Virus record (IMG/VR): IMGVR_UViG_3300048837_000614
Span: 1-64,000 of that record
Direction: 5' to 3' (one strand)
DNA length: 64,000 bases
Origin: a virus
Shown here: piece after piece, positions 28,001-38,700 of the stretch
Layout: the number at the start of each line of letters is the position of its first letter
How positions within the stretch are numbered: position 1 is the first letter of the stretch
Translations under genes and position numbers: made by a program
The notes under the pieces: generated by a model
Databases searched by the model: none
What the model saw: the letters and a program-made list of their open reading frames with translations, nothing else
What the model was told of the DNA's origin: nothing

Positions 28001-28892
28001 ATTGACATTTATAAATGAAAGAATTCAATACTTTGGTATAAATGAAGAGGCTACAAGTTATGATGTTAATCTCAATGCGACCGATAACTATGTCAAATTA
28101 TACTATTCAACCAAGTTCGAAGATTTAAAACAGTATACGCTTATATTAACTTATGATATATTAAACAATCGTTGGTATGAAGAAGATACAATGAGTTTCG
28201 GAAGACCTCACCAAATCTATTTATTAGACTCAACAACGAAATATGAAATGTTGACTGAAATGAATAATCAACTATTCATAACATATCAAACAGATAAGTA
28301 TAAAATGTTTATGATGGATAAGTATAGCCAAAGCTATTATGATAAAAACTTCTTTGGTGATTACCCAATAGAGTACTTCATAGATTCTGGTTATCTAAAA
28401 CTCAACGAGCATTTAAAAAAGAGATTTAAAACCCTTCAGATCAATATGAAGAATATTGATTCTAAGGAAATTTTATTTAGTTATAACTTCACAATAGATG
28501 ATAAACAGTTTGAAAATAACTTTGAACCATTCTATACAACGAATGAATCAGATGTTATCGTAGAAGTTAATAAGTTAAAAGAAATAGAGTTAGATCTGAA
28601 CAGAAGATTATCTACAGAGAAGAGCAAAAAAATGCTAGAAGAATTAAAGGATAGACTCTATTTTATGAAAGATATCGAAAGCAGTTATAAAAAAGATTTG
28701 ATTTCAGACATAGGAACTTTAGAAAATTTCTTCTTGGATTTCTCAAATCTTCAAACAGGTGATATAATTACAGTAAAGCAACATCTGCTTGGTGTTGGTA
28801 GATTACCTAGAGTGAGAATGAACTTTAGTTCAAAAAACAAGTTTTACATTTTATCGTTCGGGATAATATATTCTGAACACGGAGGAAAATAA
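25011..28892 (+). CDS. Tail nozzle/stabilisation-like protein with inserted thermonuclease (SNase) domain
   Basis: F.KGV...DP + R.PF start, beta-propeller-like YQDRILTYG..TVSMSE..PYYF, IDSGYL..HLKKRFKTLQI end; SNase motifs at ~25365-25680. Confidence 0.7.
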   Translation: MPNKMITGYKEKQIYRNERFTKGVVSTNDPLFEGSFRRLINFKVSNQNASIENREPFLSVPLFDLSNREIKLSKDAFVFALNSDTEHAFILDLYQEKITVDKYDAHFLEKDINDSNDFFVIDGDTIEVKGQRYRLAFVDAPETDDYSFEANDSNFDNLGQEAKSITNQFLQDPFSIVQFDFQSEKIDKFGRKLVFIIKKLDEQEYKILNLELLKDGYAHFYNFHNYDKVSVNLYVPEKVTIEETEINLFNETRVAYILGQDKSYSCFGTKYTETVAEILVNAENSYFTKAKVYKIKKDTDLKEIQLEEIVDEKKVFHKHLIKRVIKEFEISEIEVKKDLEIFNDESLKYSMITRDFSIINGKYRNQHLNMYIQIHNQFGTEIYRGLLELSYTPGVIEDNIEEGFDFITYKRPEAHVEIQDVVNTKPNILDDRSIIPMTYKGVKANVKGYSNPSVNTVLLNVNLNRNLERPNMVSDEVVTKYFRTDRPIFEDIERYNLTPFFKAPNIRSEKNKYMYRWDFVNLKEVDFGNEDEIKNFKPFFRSAWTELVDYPNETNNISKKPERMKRIATTLKNIKTADEFYMIESLATKRTITADDSEGFNIDELNDNLTAPKTLKEIQALFNNFLEEHTLSELKTELTRMHYIVDIEVETLVTIGDYHFKIVKVKNKTKLKEAIESNEKEDGFSFEEDYGKEAKALNYSERQLIFTSEENKNKKIAFLFSGISVIYENGTNPKKVVHYADETRGIVFDLTEDRSSVIPYNLNMGILKNMNVPGLDFDDFFKNGIQATFYLMTYKDEESLTEEDVFYDNVAYKKSSATYFFRKGNIFKYGKEDFVDDRLDRESFMIRYGKYVAAYQDRILTYGNPMYKNTVSMSEEGAPYYFSLYNTFEFDHEVVHVQSFKTIMLVFTINDVWVIYPWEDKNIETGIVTISYRIKKILYNISTEVKNKVTIKNITRYITLLSNNVLYLIKPSTYIGDDTEFYLNILSQNIDSIVRDPLTFINERIQYFGINEEATSYDVNLNATDNYVKLYYSTKFEDLKQYTLILTYDILNNRWYEEDTMSFGRPHQIYLLDSTTKYEMLTEMNNQLFITYQTDKYKMFMMDKYSQSYYDKNFFGDYPIEYFIDSGYLKLNEHLKKRFKTLQINMKNIDSKEILFSYNFTIDDKQFENNFEPFYTTNESDVIVEVNKLKEIELDLNRRLSTEKSKKMLEELKDRLYFMKDIESSYKKDLISDIGTLENFFLDFSNLQTGDIITVKQHLLGVGRLPRVRMNFSSKNKFYILSFGIIYSEHGGK

Positions 28893-28893
28893 C

Positions 28894-29292
28894 ATGATTT
28901 TAGAAATGGATAAAGGCAATATTAAGGTTATACAAAATAGTTGTGAAAAAACTGAAGAAGCTTTAATCTATCTAAAGTTCAAAGATACAATTCTTACGAA
29001 CAAAGATCAAGTTAGCTTCCTAATTAATGATGTTCCTCTTGAACAAATCAAACCAAACGTTTGGAAGATGAACCATTCTATTCACAACGGAAGAGAAGAT
29101 AAACTTGTTGTAGTCCTCAAGAGAGGCGAATACTTAAGAATCTATCAAGGTATCGTCATAGTAAAAAACTATGTTTCATTCGGAGAACTTGGGGAATTTA
29201 AACTTCCTCAAGTGATCCTTGATTTGAATGAAAAAATTGCAAGTTTGGAAAAAAGAATTAAACTTATAGAAAGCAAATCCACAGTGATTTAG
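28894..29292 (+). CDS. Hypothetical protein with C-terminal coiled coil
   Basis: 132 aa, GGAGG RBS, LNEKIASLEKRIKLIE. Confidence 0.7.
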   Translation: MILEMDKGNIKVIQNSCEKTEEALIYLKFKDTILTNKDQVSFLINDVPLEQIKPNVWKMNHSIHNGREDKLVVVLKRGEYLRIYQGIVIVKNYVSFGELGEFKLPQVILDLNEKIASLEKRIKLIESKSTVI

Positions 29293-29304
29293 GAGGAACT
29301 AAAA

Positions 29305-29814
29305 ATGATGATTCTAATATCAGCACTTGATTGGGTGCAAAGTTTTCAAGGGATAACAACGATTTCTATCGGTGGTATCAGTTTAGGTGGTATCACAGCT
29401 TTCATCGTCTATGCGGTTAAATCAGCGAGCACAATGAAGGGTGTTGGAGACCTTGTTAAGTTAGTCAAAGAAGCGAAAGTTATGCTCGATGAGGAAAAAG
29501 AACAAACAAGGATTTATAAAGAATCTGCAGATAAAAAAGATTTAGAGATTGCAAAACAATCAGAAGTTAATAATCTTTTACTAAAAGGCATGAGTATTGT
29601 CATTGCTGCTTCAGGTGGAATTGACACTGTTTCAAAAATTGAGATGGTAAACGACATGAAGAACGCAAGAGACATCTTAACTTCTGAAGTAAAAGAGACA
29701 GTTAAAGAAACTGTTGCAGTTGTTAAACAAGAAGCCAAAGAACAATCCGTAAAAGTTTTGGACACGGCGATTAAAGAAGCAGCAACTCTTATCGACAAAT
29801 ACTCTAAGAAGTAG
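29305..29814 (+). CDS. Membrane-anchored coiled-coil protein (holin-like position)
   Basis: ISIGGISLGGITAFIVYAV hydrophobic segment plus coiled coil; AGGAGG RBS. Confidence 0.6.
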   Translation: MMILISALDWVQSFQGITTISIGGISLGGITAFIVYAVKSASTMKGVGDLVKLVKEAKVMLDEEKEQTRIYKESADKKDLEIAKQSEVNNLLLKGMSIVIAASGGIDTVSKIEMVNDMKNARDILTSEVKETVKETVAVVKQEAKEQSVKVLDTAIKEAATLIDKYSKK

Positions 29815-29822
29815 GTGATCTT

Positions 29823-30503
29823 ATGAAAGCATATCGCATCATAAGTCTATTAACATTATTTTTACCAATAACAGCACTTCTAGTATTTTTCTACTTTACA
29901 AGTAATCAAGGTGTAAAAGAAATATTAGAAGCACCTAATGTTGTTTTTCCAAACGTGGATAAGAGATACGATTACTTAGTCGATGCTAATGACTATTGGT
30001 CTATAGATCCTGTAGAAAAAACAATATCGTTTCACGCTGAAGTTTTAATATACGAAAATGTAGAAGTTTTAAATGGAACAATTAAAATCGAATATCCAGA
30101 GTTCTTCTCAATGGGCAGTAAGTTCTACGCCATGGATGAAAATGATAACCTGGTTATATTTGATGCAGCAAAACTTGTTAAGGAAAGAATGTTTGAAATG
30201 AATTTCTTAATAGGTTTATCTGTGTTTATAACAATAGGAACAGTGATGGTTATATCTTTAATAGTCGTTAAAAAAATGCAGTTACTAAATAGACATAGAA
30301 GATTATCTGTAGCGATATCGCTCTGGACATTCACGATCTTCTTTTTGATTATTTCTATGATTAGTAATCAAGTCTACTTAATTTTCTTGGTATTTAGTTT
30401 ATCGTGGACAGCCTACTACATTGAATGGCTAATTCAAAGAAAGAAAAACGGATTACCTCTTACAGATCAAATTGCACAAAGGGTGGTAATCACTAATGAA
30501 TGA
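29823..30503 (+). CDS. Multi-pass membrane protein
   Basis: About 4 hydrophobic helices with an extramembrane loop. Confidence 0.7.
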   Translation: MKAYRIISLLTLFLPITALLVFFYFTSNQGVKEILEAPNVVFPNVDKRYDYLVDANDYWSIDPVEKTISFHAEVLIYENVEVLNGTIKIEYPEFFSMGSKFYAMDENDNLVIFDAAKLVKERMFEMNFLIGLSVFITIGTVMVISLIVVKKMQLLNRHRRLSVAISLWTFTIFFLIISMISNQVYLIFLVFSLSWTAYYIEWLIQRKKNGLPLTDQIAQRVVITNE

Positions 30504-31752
30504 ATTAGAAAATAAAAAACCACAACCTGAAAAGACGGGTGCTAGTATATTAGTCTCAGAATCATCAAGGAATGGATTTGTTCTCATTATAGCAATATTA
30601 TTTGTTTCAATTATGAGCGGTATTCTTGGTGCATTTAAAAATGGAGAGTTCCAAAAGACATATGACTTCGTTCAAGTAAACGTAGCAGTAAGTGAAGTCG
30701 ATTTCAATGATCCTGTATTTTCTCAAATAACAGATAAATCAAGAGAATTTATTTACGATAAAGAAGTGATTATGTATGACGAAGAATTCGGTGAAACATA
30801 TATAATAACAGTACCCTGGTATAAGGGATATTACAAAAACTACTTCTTTAATAGCTCATGGTTTTACTTAGAAACTATGATGAATACATTAATGGTTGCC
30901 ATATTCTACGTAGCACTAATTAACTTTCTAATTGCAAAGAAGAAATCTAAAGACCGGGTTTACCTAAAACTAACGGGCGAAATCAATAACATTGTAGTAG
31001 AGAAGAATGATGTCCCATCTACAACGTTTGAACCATTCTTAGATGATTGGAACTCGGATAGAAAGAAAAGACAGTTTAAATCGAATATTAAATATAAGCT
31101 TTCAAAACTAGAACGAAAGACTAAATTTAAAATCAAAAGACTGTTCCAAGAAAAAGATGAAAATGGAAAAGTAAAATTTACATATGAACCAGAAATACTC
31201 ACTAAAAAAATTAAGTGGTATAAATGGTTCAGTAGAGAATCTAAAAAACAAAGAAAAGCTAGAAAATACATTAACAAAAAAATGTCTTTAGAAACTTATC
31301 TTACGAAAAATTACATCGATGAAAATGTGTTATATGAAAAGGTTAAATATTTCAAATACATTTATCCGTCATTCGTTTATAATGGTAAGAATGGTATTCA
31401 TAAAACAACAGATGAATACTCAGCGATTACATCAGATGATAAGAGAAAATCAAAAGACTTGGGTAGAAAAATACTTTTAGGTTTTGCAACTACTTCAATC
31501 TTTGCTACAATACTATCATTCACATTGTTTAGTGCAGATGAGAATTGGTTGATTGTAGTTTACACAGTCATTCTAAAATTACTACCATTAGTTCTTCAGT
31601 GGATCCTTGGCGTAGATTATTCAAATAGTTATATGTCGGACCAACTAATACCAACACAAAAATATCGTTTAAGTATCATCAATATGTATTTAAGTAACAA
31701 AGATAAATATATTAGTTTAGAAAAACAAGTAGTTGCAAAGGATGTGAGCTAA
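30496..31752 (+). CDS. Multi-pass membrane protein with basic cytoplasmic loop
   Basis: 2+2 hydrophobic helices separated by a Lys-rich domain. Confidence 0.7.
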   Translation: MNELENKKPQPEKTGASILVSESSRNGFVLIIAILFVSIMSGILGAFKNGEFQKTYDFVQVNVAVSEVDFNDPVFSQITDKSREFIYDKEVIMYDEEFGETYIITVPWYKGYYKNYFFNSSWFYLETMMNTLMVAIFYVALINFLIAKKKSKDRVYLKLTGEINNIVVEKNDVPSTTFEPFLDDWNSDRKKRQFKSNIKYKLSKLERKTKFKIKRLFQEKDENGKVKFTYEPEILTKKIKWYKWFSRESKKQRKARKYINKKMSLETYLTKNYIDENVLYEKVKYFKYIYPSFVYNGKNGIHKTTDEYSAITSDDKRKSKDLGRKILLGFATTSIFATILSFTLFSADENWLIVVYTVILKLLPLVLQWILGVDYSNSYMSDQLIPTQKYRLSIINMYLSNKDKYISLEKQVVAKDVS

Positions 31753-31753
31753 G

Positions 31754-32695
31754 ATGCCATGGATTAAAAAAGGAACCAAGATGGAATATTATGACGAATC
31801 TGGAAACCTAATCAAAAGTTATGATACAAATCTAGCAAACGGTTGGGACGCTGGTGATATAGGCATGGATCATCCTCTTAACGATGGGTATAAGACAAAT
31901 AACTTTTTTATAAGAGGTCAAGTAAAGCATGTCGAATCTGCCATTCAATACTTTTTAGAAAATCAAAAAATGCCATCAGCTTCAGACATAGGAGTCGGCG
32001 GTGGTAAACCTTATGACAACGTTATGGAAGACGTTAGAAAATGGTTATCCAGAAACGGAATCGATGAAGTAAAGTATTCAAAAGATGCAAATCAGTTTAT
32101 CTATTCGGATCAAGGCGGAGAAAAAAATCCGGATGCACCTAAAGTAGCACCTGTAGTAAATACTGAAGCAAGTACTTTGAATCCTTACACGGCTTATCTC
32201 GAAGAACAAAGATCTAAACAAGAAAACGCTGAACTCGGTTTATTAAACGAAACAACAAAAGCAAATATTCAAAACGCTGAAATTTCTACACAGCAAGGAA
32301 TGATTCAACAAGCACAATTAAAAGATCAACTTGTTGAACAAATTAGAAGTGATAGACTTTCTAAAATGCGTGCAGGTTTAACACCTATGCAAATCGCTCA
32401 AGAAGATCTTCAGTTCATGGTAGGAAACATGCAAGGCAATAATCAAAATATGCAGATGATGAATCAACAAAGGTTAGCAGCACAACAACAAAAAGCAATT
32501 AACCCATATCAAGCTTATGTAAATGCAAATGCAGCGATAACAGGTGGACAAGGTTATGTTAATGCGGCGAGTGGTTTTGCAGCAACTGATGCAGGAGATT
32601 TATATCAACAAGCATTAAGAATTGCACAAAGCAAAGGAAGAACGGCACCAAGTAATGATGACTTCTTCATGGCCCAAGGACAAAAACAAGGATAA
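31754..32695 (+). CDS. Putative internal virion/ejection protein
   Basis: Gln/Asn/Ala-rich helical C-half; located before the giant internal protein. Confidence 0.55.
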   Translation: MPWIKKGTKMEYYDESGNLIKSYDTNLANGWDAGDIGMDHPLNDGYKTNNFFIRGQVKHVESAIQYFLENQKMPSASDIGVGGGKPYDNVMEDVRKWLSRNGIDEVKYSKDANQFIYSDQGGEKNPDAPKVAPVVNTEASTLNPYTAYLEEQRSKQENAELGLLNETTKANIQNAEISTQQGMIQQAQLKDQLVEQIRSDRLSKMRAGLTPMQIAQEDLQFMVGNMQGNNQNMQMMNQQRLAAQQQKAINPYQAYVNANAAITGGQGYVNAASGFAATDAGDLYQQALRIAQSKGRTAPSNDDFFMAQGQKQG

Positions 32696-32702
32696 TAAAA
32701 TT

Positions 32703-32729
32703 AAGGTGGATATAATTCCATCTTTTTTT
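32703..32729 (+). terminator. Intrinsic terminator
   Basis: AAGGTGGA-TATAAT-TCCATCTT plus T-run. Confidence 0.75.
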
Positions 32730-32730
32730 A

Positions 32731-32765
32731 TGCTATAATGAAAGTATAAAAAGTAAACGAGGTAA
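32731..32765 (+). promoter_or_regulatory. Extended -10 promoter with conserved 24-nt leader
   Basis: TGCTATAAT then AAGTATAAAAAGTAAACGAGGTAA. Confidence 0.7.
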
Positions 32766-32769
32766 CGTT

Positions 32770-35700
32770 ATGGCAGTCGCAAGAGTTGATAATCCCTGGG
32801 TAAGAAATTTAACATTAGCACCTTCAAGAGTCTATGCTACGTCTCCTTATAGACCCTATGCGGGTGTTTTCAATAATAGAGTAAACGTATCTACAGAACA
32901 ATACCAAGATAATTTTATTAGAGCTCTAAGTCCATTTAGTATCAATGATAAAAATGTAATCAATGCTATTCGCAAAGAATACAATATCGTTGATAATGGA
33001 AATTATAGAATGTCATCTAATGTAGGTTTCGGAGTTGGTGCTGTTGCCGGTGTTGTTGCATCTGGTGTTTTATATGGAAGTACAATAACGACATTAGCGA
33101 ATGCAGCCATTTATGGTGGTATGTTATCCTTTAACCCTGTAGGTTGGACTGCTGCTGCAGTTGGTACTGTTTTAGCTGTAGCAGGAACAATTATGACCTC
33201 TGCCGAATTAGGTAGGGCTATAGGTGCTTCTGTAGGCTCTAGAGAAGGTTCTATCGCTATGAGTAGATATCTTGCTAACCTTGGAAACTCAATGGTTAAG
33301 AGACCTACATCAACGGTTTTAACAGTAGCAACTATATTCGCAACTAATTGGGCTTTAAATAAAACTCCACTTAAATCTCCTATCGTAAGACAAGGTATAA
33401 CAATGACTGCAATGAGAGTTGTAAGACCTATCGCTGACAAATTAGACGATAGTCTTTTTGGTGAACTGAGTGAAGTAGATCAAATGTCTTACACTGATTT
33501 ACTTTCATTGCAAGGAGATTTGGCTGATAACTTCTCTGGTACTTCTTTAGTTAAGGGTGCTTTGGCTGGTGTATCTGGAGATGAAGGAAAGACAAAAGAA
33601 CTTATTGCAAAAATGTACGGTAGACACGAAGAAGGTTTTGATCCACTCGACTTCATGGATGTTCGTGAAGCTTGGGGGATTGACATAGGAACATTTGGAA
33701 ATGGTGTTATCGACATCCTTGGTGAAATAGTTTTTGATACGGATAATTCATTAAACACAATTAAAAATAAAACAACTACTACAATCTCAACATCGATTAA
33801 AAATCAAGTAGTAAAGAAAATCCTCTCTAATGAGAACGGAGATTTATTTAAGAGATACTTTGAAAAAGTAGAAACTAAAAATCCGGACGGAACTATTAAG
33901 ACAGAAATCAAAGCTAAGGATACTTTTAAAAATGAATTTCAAAATAAGATTATCCAAAGAGTAGTTGAAAAATATTTAGACGATTACAAAGACCCTTCTA
34001 CAGCTAAAACAGCCGAAGAAAGAAATGCAATTTTCAAAGAGAACAACGAGAAGTTGGACCACCACATTGGTGATCTTTATATCTATCTCTATAGAAAAGG
34101 TTTAGCTAACATCAAAGAAGACTCTTTAAAGATAGTTGAAGCACAAAAGATTATCGGTGAAATCAAAAAAGAAATTCAAGAAGGGCTTGAGGCTCATTCT
34201 GGTTACATGGAAAAGAATGTAAGCAATAAAACGAAATACGCTAAAGCTGTTAAGACAATGATAGAGTCACAAAAAGAAGCCACTAAAATTGTCAATCAAA
34301 ACTTTAAAAACAATGTCTATAACTTTGATAAAGCAATGCTTAAAGAGTTTCAAATACACAAAGCAGATTTCGATCATAACTATATTACAGGATTGTTAAA
34401 ATTACATCCTGCATTTTATCTTTACTCTGAAGCAAATAATAAAAACATGAGAGTCTTAGGTTATTTCACGAGACCTTTTCAGTCTGCAATTGCAAGTAAA
34501 CCAGGAAGAAAAGTAATTCAAAATGTTTTAAATAAGATTCAAAGAAAGTATGATCCTTACAAGAAGATAACCAAGGTTGATGAAATTATGCAATATGATA
34601 ATCCTATAACCAAGGAACAACAAAAAGAAGCATTAGAAAAGCTTAAACAATTTGATGATGTCTTGAAGGCTCAACTCAATAAATTTGAAGAAGAAAAAAT
34701 GAGACAAACACTCGGACAAGCTGAGATAGATAAACTCCTAAAAGAGTTAAATGACATCGAGGAATTTTTCGCAACTAATAAATTAACTGATGCTGAAAAA
34801 ATTAAGTACGAGAAATTTGAAGCACGTCAAAAGGAACTAACTAAGAAATATGCTGAAGCTAAAGCAGAAGCAATTAAGAAGATGGAAGTAGAAGATAAAA
34901 AGGCTTACGCACGTTATAAGAAATCTTTAAAGACAATCAACGATAGATACAAACAACTTATAGCTAATGCAGAACTTGTAGATAAATACATGGAAATGAC
35001 TAAGTTTGAATATGTCAACAAAGGCGTTAGACAAAAAATGGAAGTCAATAAAGACACCGAACAAGAGGTTTTAGACATTATTAAAGAATTAGAAGCGAAA
35101 AAAGATTTATCCGGTGATGAAAGAATCACTTTAGAAAACGCTAAGTTCGCATACTTCTTATATATGAAGGAAGATTTATTCAAAAAAGGGTATCAAGAAA
35201 TAACTTCAAATTATAATAAAGTAATTAAGTTTATTCAAAACTTCGAAACGTGGTTTACAGAAAACGCCTTTAAGCTGGAATCTTTAGTATTAAATACTAC
35301 GATATTCTCTGAAGTAAAACAACTTCAAAAAGAGATAAGAGATATAGATGCTAAACCATCTAAAACTCAAGATGAACTTGTTTTAGCAGAAAAAGAGAGA
35401 ATTAAATCGAGATACGAAGGTTTGATTAAGACTGTATATGCCAACCTGGAGAATGCGGAAGTATTCGACAAGAAAACAAGAGATGAAATCATCAAAGCTT
35501 TAGAAGGGGATGAGATGATTGAACTTCCTATTTTCTACGCAACAAATTTCTTTTCTGGAATCAAATTATTCGAACAAGACAAATCTTTCTTCTTAAATAA
35601 CAGAGCCCTATTCGATGAATTTAATAAAAGAATTTTAGAAGATGAAACTCAAGATCTATTAGATAGACTTAAGGATTCTATCATTAGAAAATCAAAAACA

Positions 35701-38700
35701 AAGTTTGAGTTTAAACAGAAGACTGAGTTCATCAATAACAAAGAATTACTTATAAAGAAAATTCAAAAGATACTTTTAGATTTGAATACAAAAGAAGATC
35801 CAGATAATCCTGGTTCAAAATTGTTGTCTGATGAAAATTATGAACTACTAAAACAAAACATCGAAGGCGTTGCAACAAGTTTAATCAATACAAATAGATC
35901 GATGCAAGTAGACCCTACAACATTAAGAAAAAATAACATGTACTCTAAGCGTTTTTCTGAACTATCACAGAATGATATCTTAGACTACGCTTTTAGACTT
36001 GCCACAAAGAACAATGAATTCTTAGGTACTGAATCAAAAATGATTGATAACGTTTTAAAAAACTTAGACCATTCAATCAAACAACTTCTACAAGTCGTTA
36101 AAGAAAGTAACAATGGAAAACTTAACTTCTTAGAAGGTTTTATTAACGAAAGCATTAGACGTCAAATGTATAAAATAAACAGTTCTAAAATCATCAATGC
36201 GATTAGTGCGAAGTATCTGCGTGTAGGACAATCGAAGAATTACTTTTTAAACCCAGAAGTTGAAGGTAAAAAGATTAAGGCTCTTAGTGAAAAAGCTCTT
36301 AAGAAAATTTCAAACAAGAAATATAAGTTTGAAACAACTGATAAAGATGTTATTAAACAAGGTATTGCTGCAGAGTTCTTAGAATCATTTAAAGGTACAC
36401 CTATGTATGACTTACTAATCAAGATGGGATTCGAAAAAATAATCAATGATAATGTTTCAGTAATAGATAAGGAAGAGGTTAAACCTAAAAAAGTAAAAAA
36501 GAGAGGTAAATCTCAGGAAGAGAAAGACTTCGAAGAACGTGGATTAACTTACACAAGATTAGTTGATGGAATCGTTAAAGATATCGAAATTAAAACAGGT
36601 AAAGTTTTAGATAACGAAGCAAGAAAGAAAATCTCACAAGCAGTTGCAAAAGCTATTAACGATCAAATAGGCTTAGTCAAGTCTGAATATGAAATCAAGA
36701 GAATGGAAAGTGCAGGATCTAAAAAAGTTTTCGATGATGTCTTCATGAATAAACTTGCTGAATCATTCTTCGGTAAATTAGTTGACGTTGAAAACTTAAG
36801 TTCAATCTTAAGAGGGAATAAAAGTTTACCTAAAACTAAAATAGATATGACTAAACCTGATCCAGAATCTGGAGTAAAAGGAAACCCATATCGTAATGCG
36901 ATTATCAACTTCATGTTAAATAATGAACCTACAGTTGAAAACATAATGAAGTTAAAATTACAACCATTCGGAACTTACTTGAACTTCGATGGTAAGGCTG
37001 TTTCTTTAGAGTCCATTGTTCAAATAGGCGAAGAAAATTTAGTTGGTGCATGGGCTGAAAAATATCGTTCTGACTTTAGTGAAAAAAATGAATATGGAGA
37101 ACCTATAAACGATCCTTTAGTTTTTGAATTCTTTAGAGGAATTGACGTAACTAAAGAAAGCAATGAAGGGTATGAGAGACATGTAGATGCTTCCTTTAAT
37201 TTACCTAATTCGCTTAGAAATAAAAAAGGTCTTCAAAATCTAAAGGACGAAGATTTCGTAGAAGTCAAAGATGATTTTGAAAGTGATGGAACAATAGCAA
37301 ATGATTTTATTAGAGTTTTCAAAGAAAGCGACTACGGACACAACTTCAAAAAAATAGCAATTCATAAAGGACAATTTGTATTTGATGATGTCATTAGAGG
37401 CAAAACAGTCACAAACGATATCATAGTTATTAGAATCACGACTACGGGAAATAAGAGTTATGACTTCTATGTCCCTAGAGAAATAATTAAAACTTATGGC
37501 GATCAAAAGATAGCGACATATAAAGTAAACAATAATGAATACATGAGAGTCATGATTGAAGGAGAAGATGAAAAATCTCTCGCTTATTTAGACAACATTA
37601 GTAAAGCTATTGAAAAAGACTTTATCAATCGCAAAATGATTAGTGATGAATTCAAGCAAAAGTTTGAACCGTTCTCAGTCCAAAAAGAAATCTTTAGATT
37701 ATTTTCTAAACAAAGAAATATAGGCGATACTCATGAACTCATCACAGACTTTGTCTATTTAGATCCTGATAAAACTGATTACGAAAAATTAGTTTACTCA
37801 CTTATGAGAAGACTTGACGAAGGTAAGAGAAAGAACTTAACTAAAAATAAAGCCTTTAGAGATGATTATAAAAAGAATGGTTATTATTTTGACTATACAC
37901 AAAGTGATCCTAAAGTAGTTGTTAAGGGAATCAAATTAAATAGTGGTGAATTTCAGTCTATAACAAGAATTTTTTCTCCGCTTGGTATCTTTACAGGTCG
38001 TGCCGAAAGAAGTGCTTTAGCGGCCAACGCAAGACGTAATGCGATTGAATTAGATACAAACGAACTACCTTTCTTATCATCATTGTTTATTCAACAGAAT
38101 CCTGAACTTTCCCAATTTGAAAAAGGTGGTTTTAATGCACGTGTATATTTAAAGGACACTTACTTAGATAACGGAAGTTCAACACATAATGAAACAGTGA
38201 TTATGAGAGAAGGTTTCGCAAGACAAAAATTTATTAAGAATGGTGTTCCAATGGATCTTTCCAATGGTATGAAAATCATAGATAGATACTCATCTAAACA
38301 TGGCGTGAGAATAGTTTCAGAAGATGAATGGAAAGAGATGTTCAAAGGTGATGATAAAGCTTTAAACTCAGATGTTATCATGTCGAAGAGAACGGTTAGA
38401 AAGAGAACGCTTTGGAATGTTGAAGCTGAACTTGCTATGAATGGTTTGGATGGAACAAGAAAATATATTGATAGCGAAATGAAAGGCAAGACAGATGAAG
38501 AAAAATTAGAATATCTTAAATCGGAGACAAAAGATGGAAATCTTGAAGGCGATCACGGATATCTTTATATGTTTCTAACTGATGATTTAAGCGATAACAA
38601 TGGAAGAGGTTATAAAGTTGCTGGAGATAACGACTCAAGCAATGGTGCAAAAATATCCATTGAAGAATGGCAAATGTTTAGTGCGTTAAGAGAAATCACT

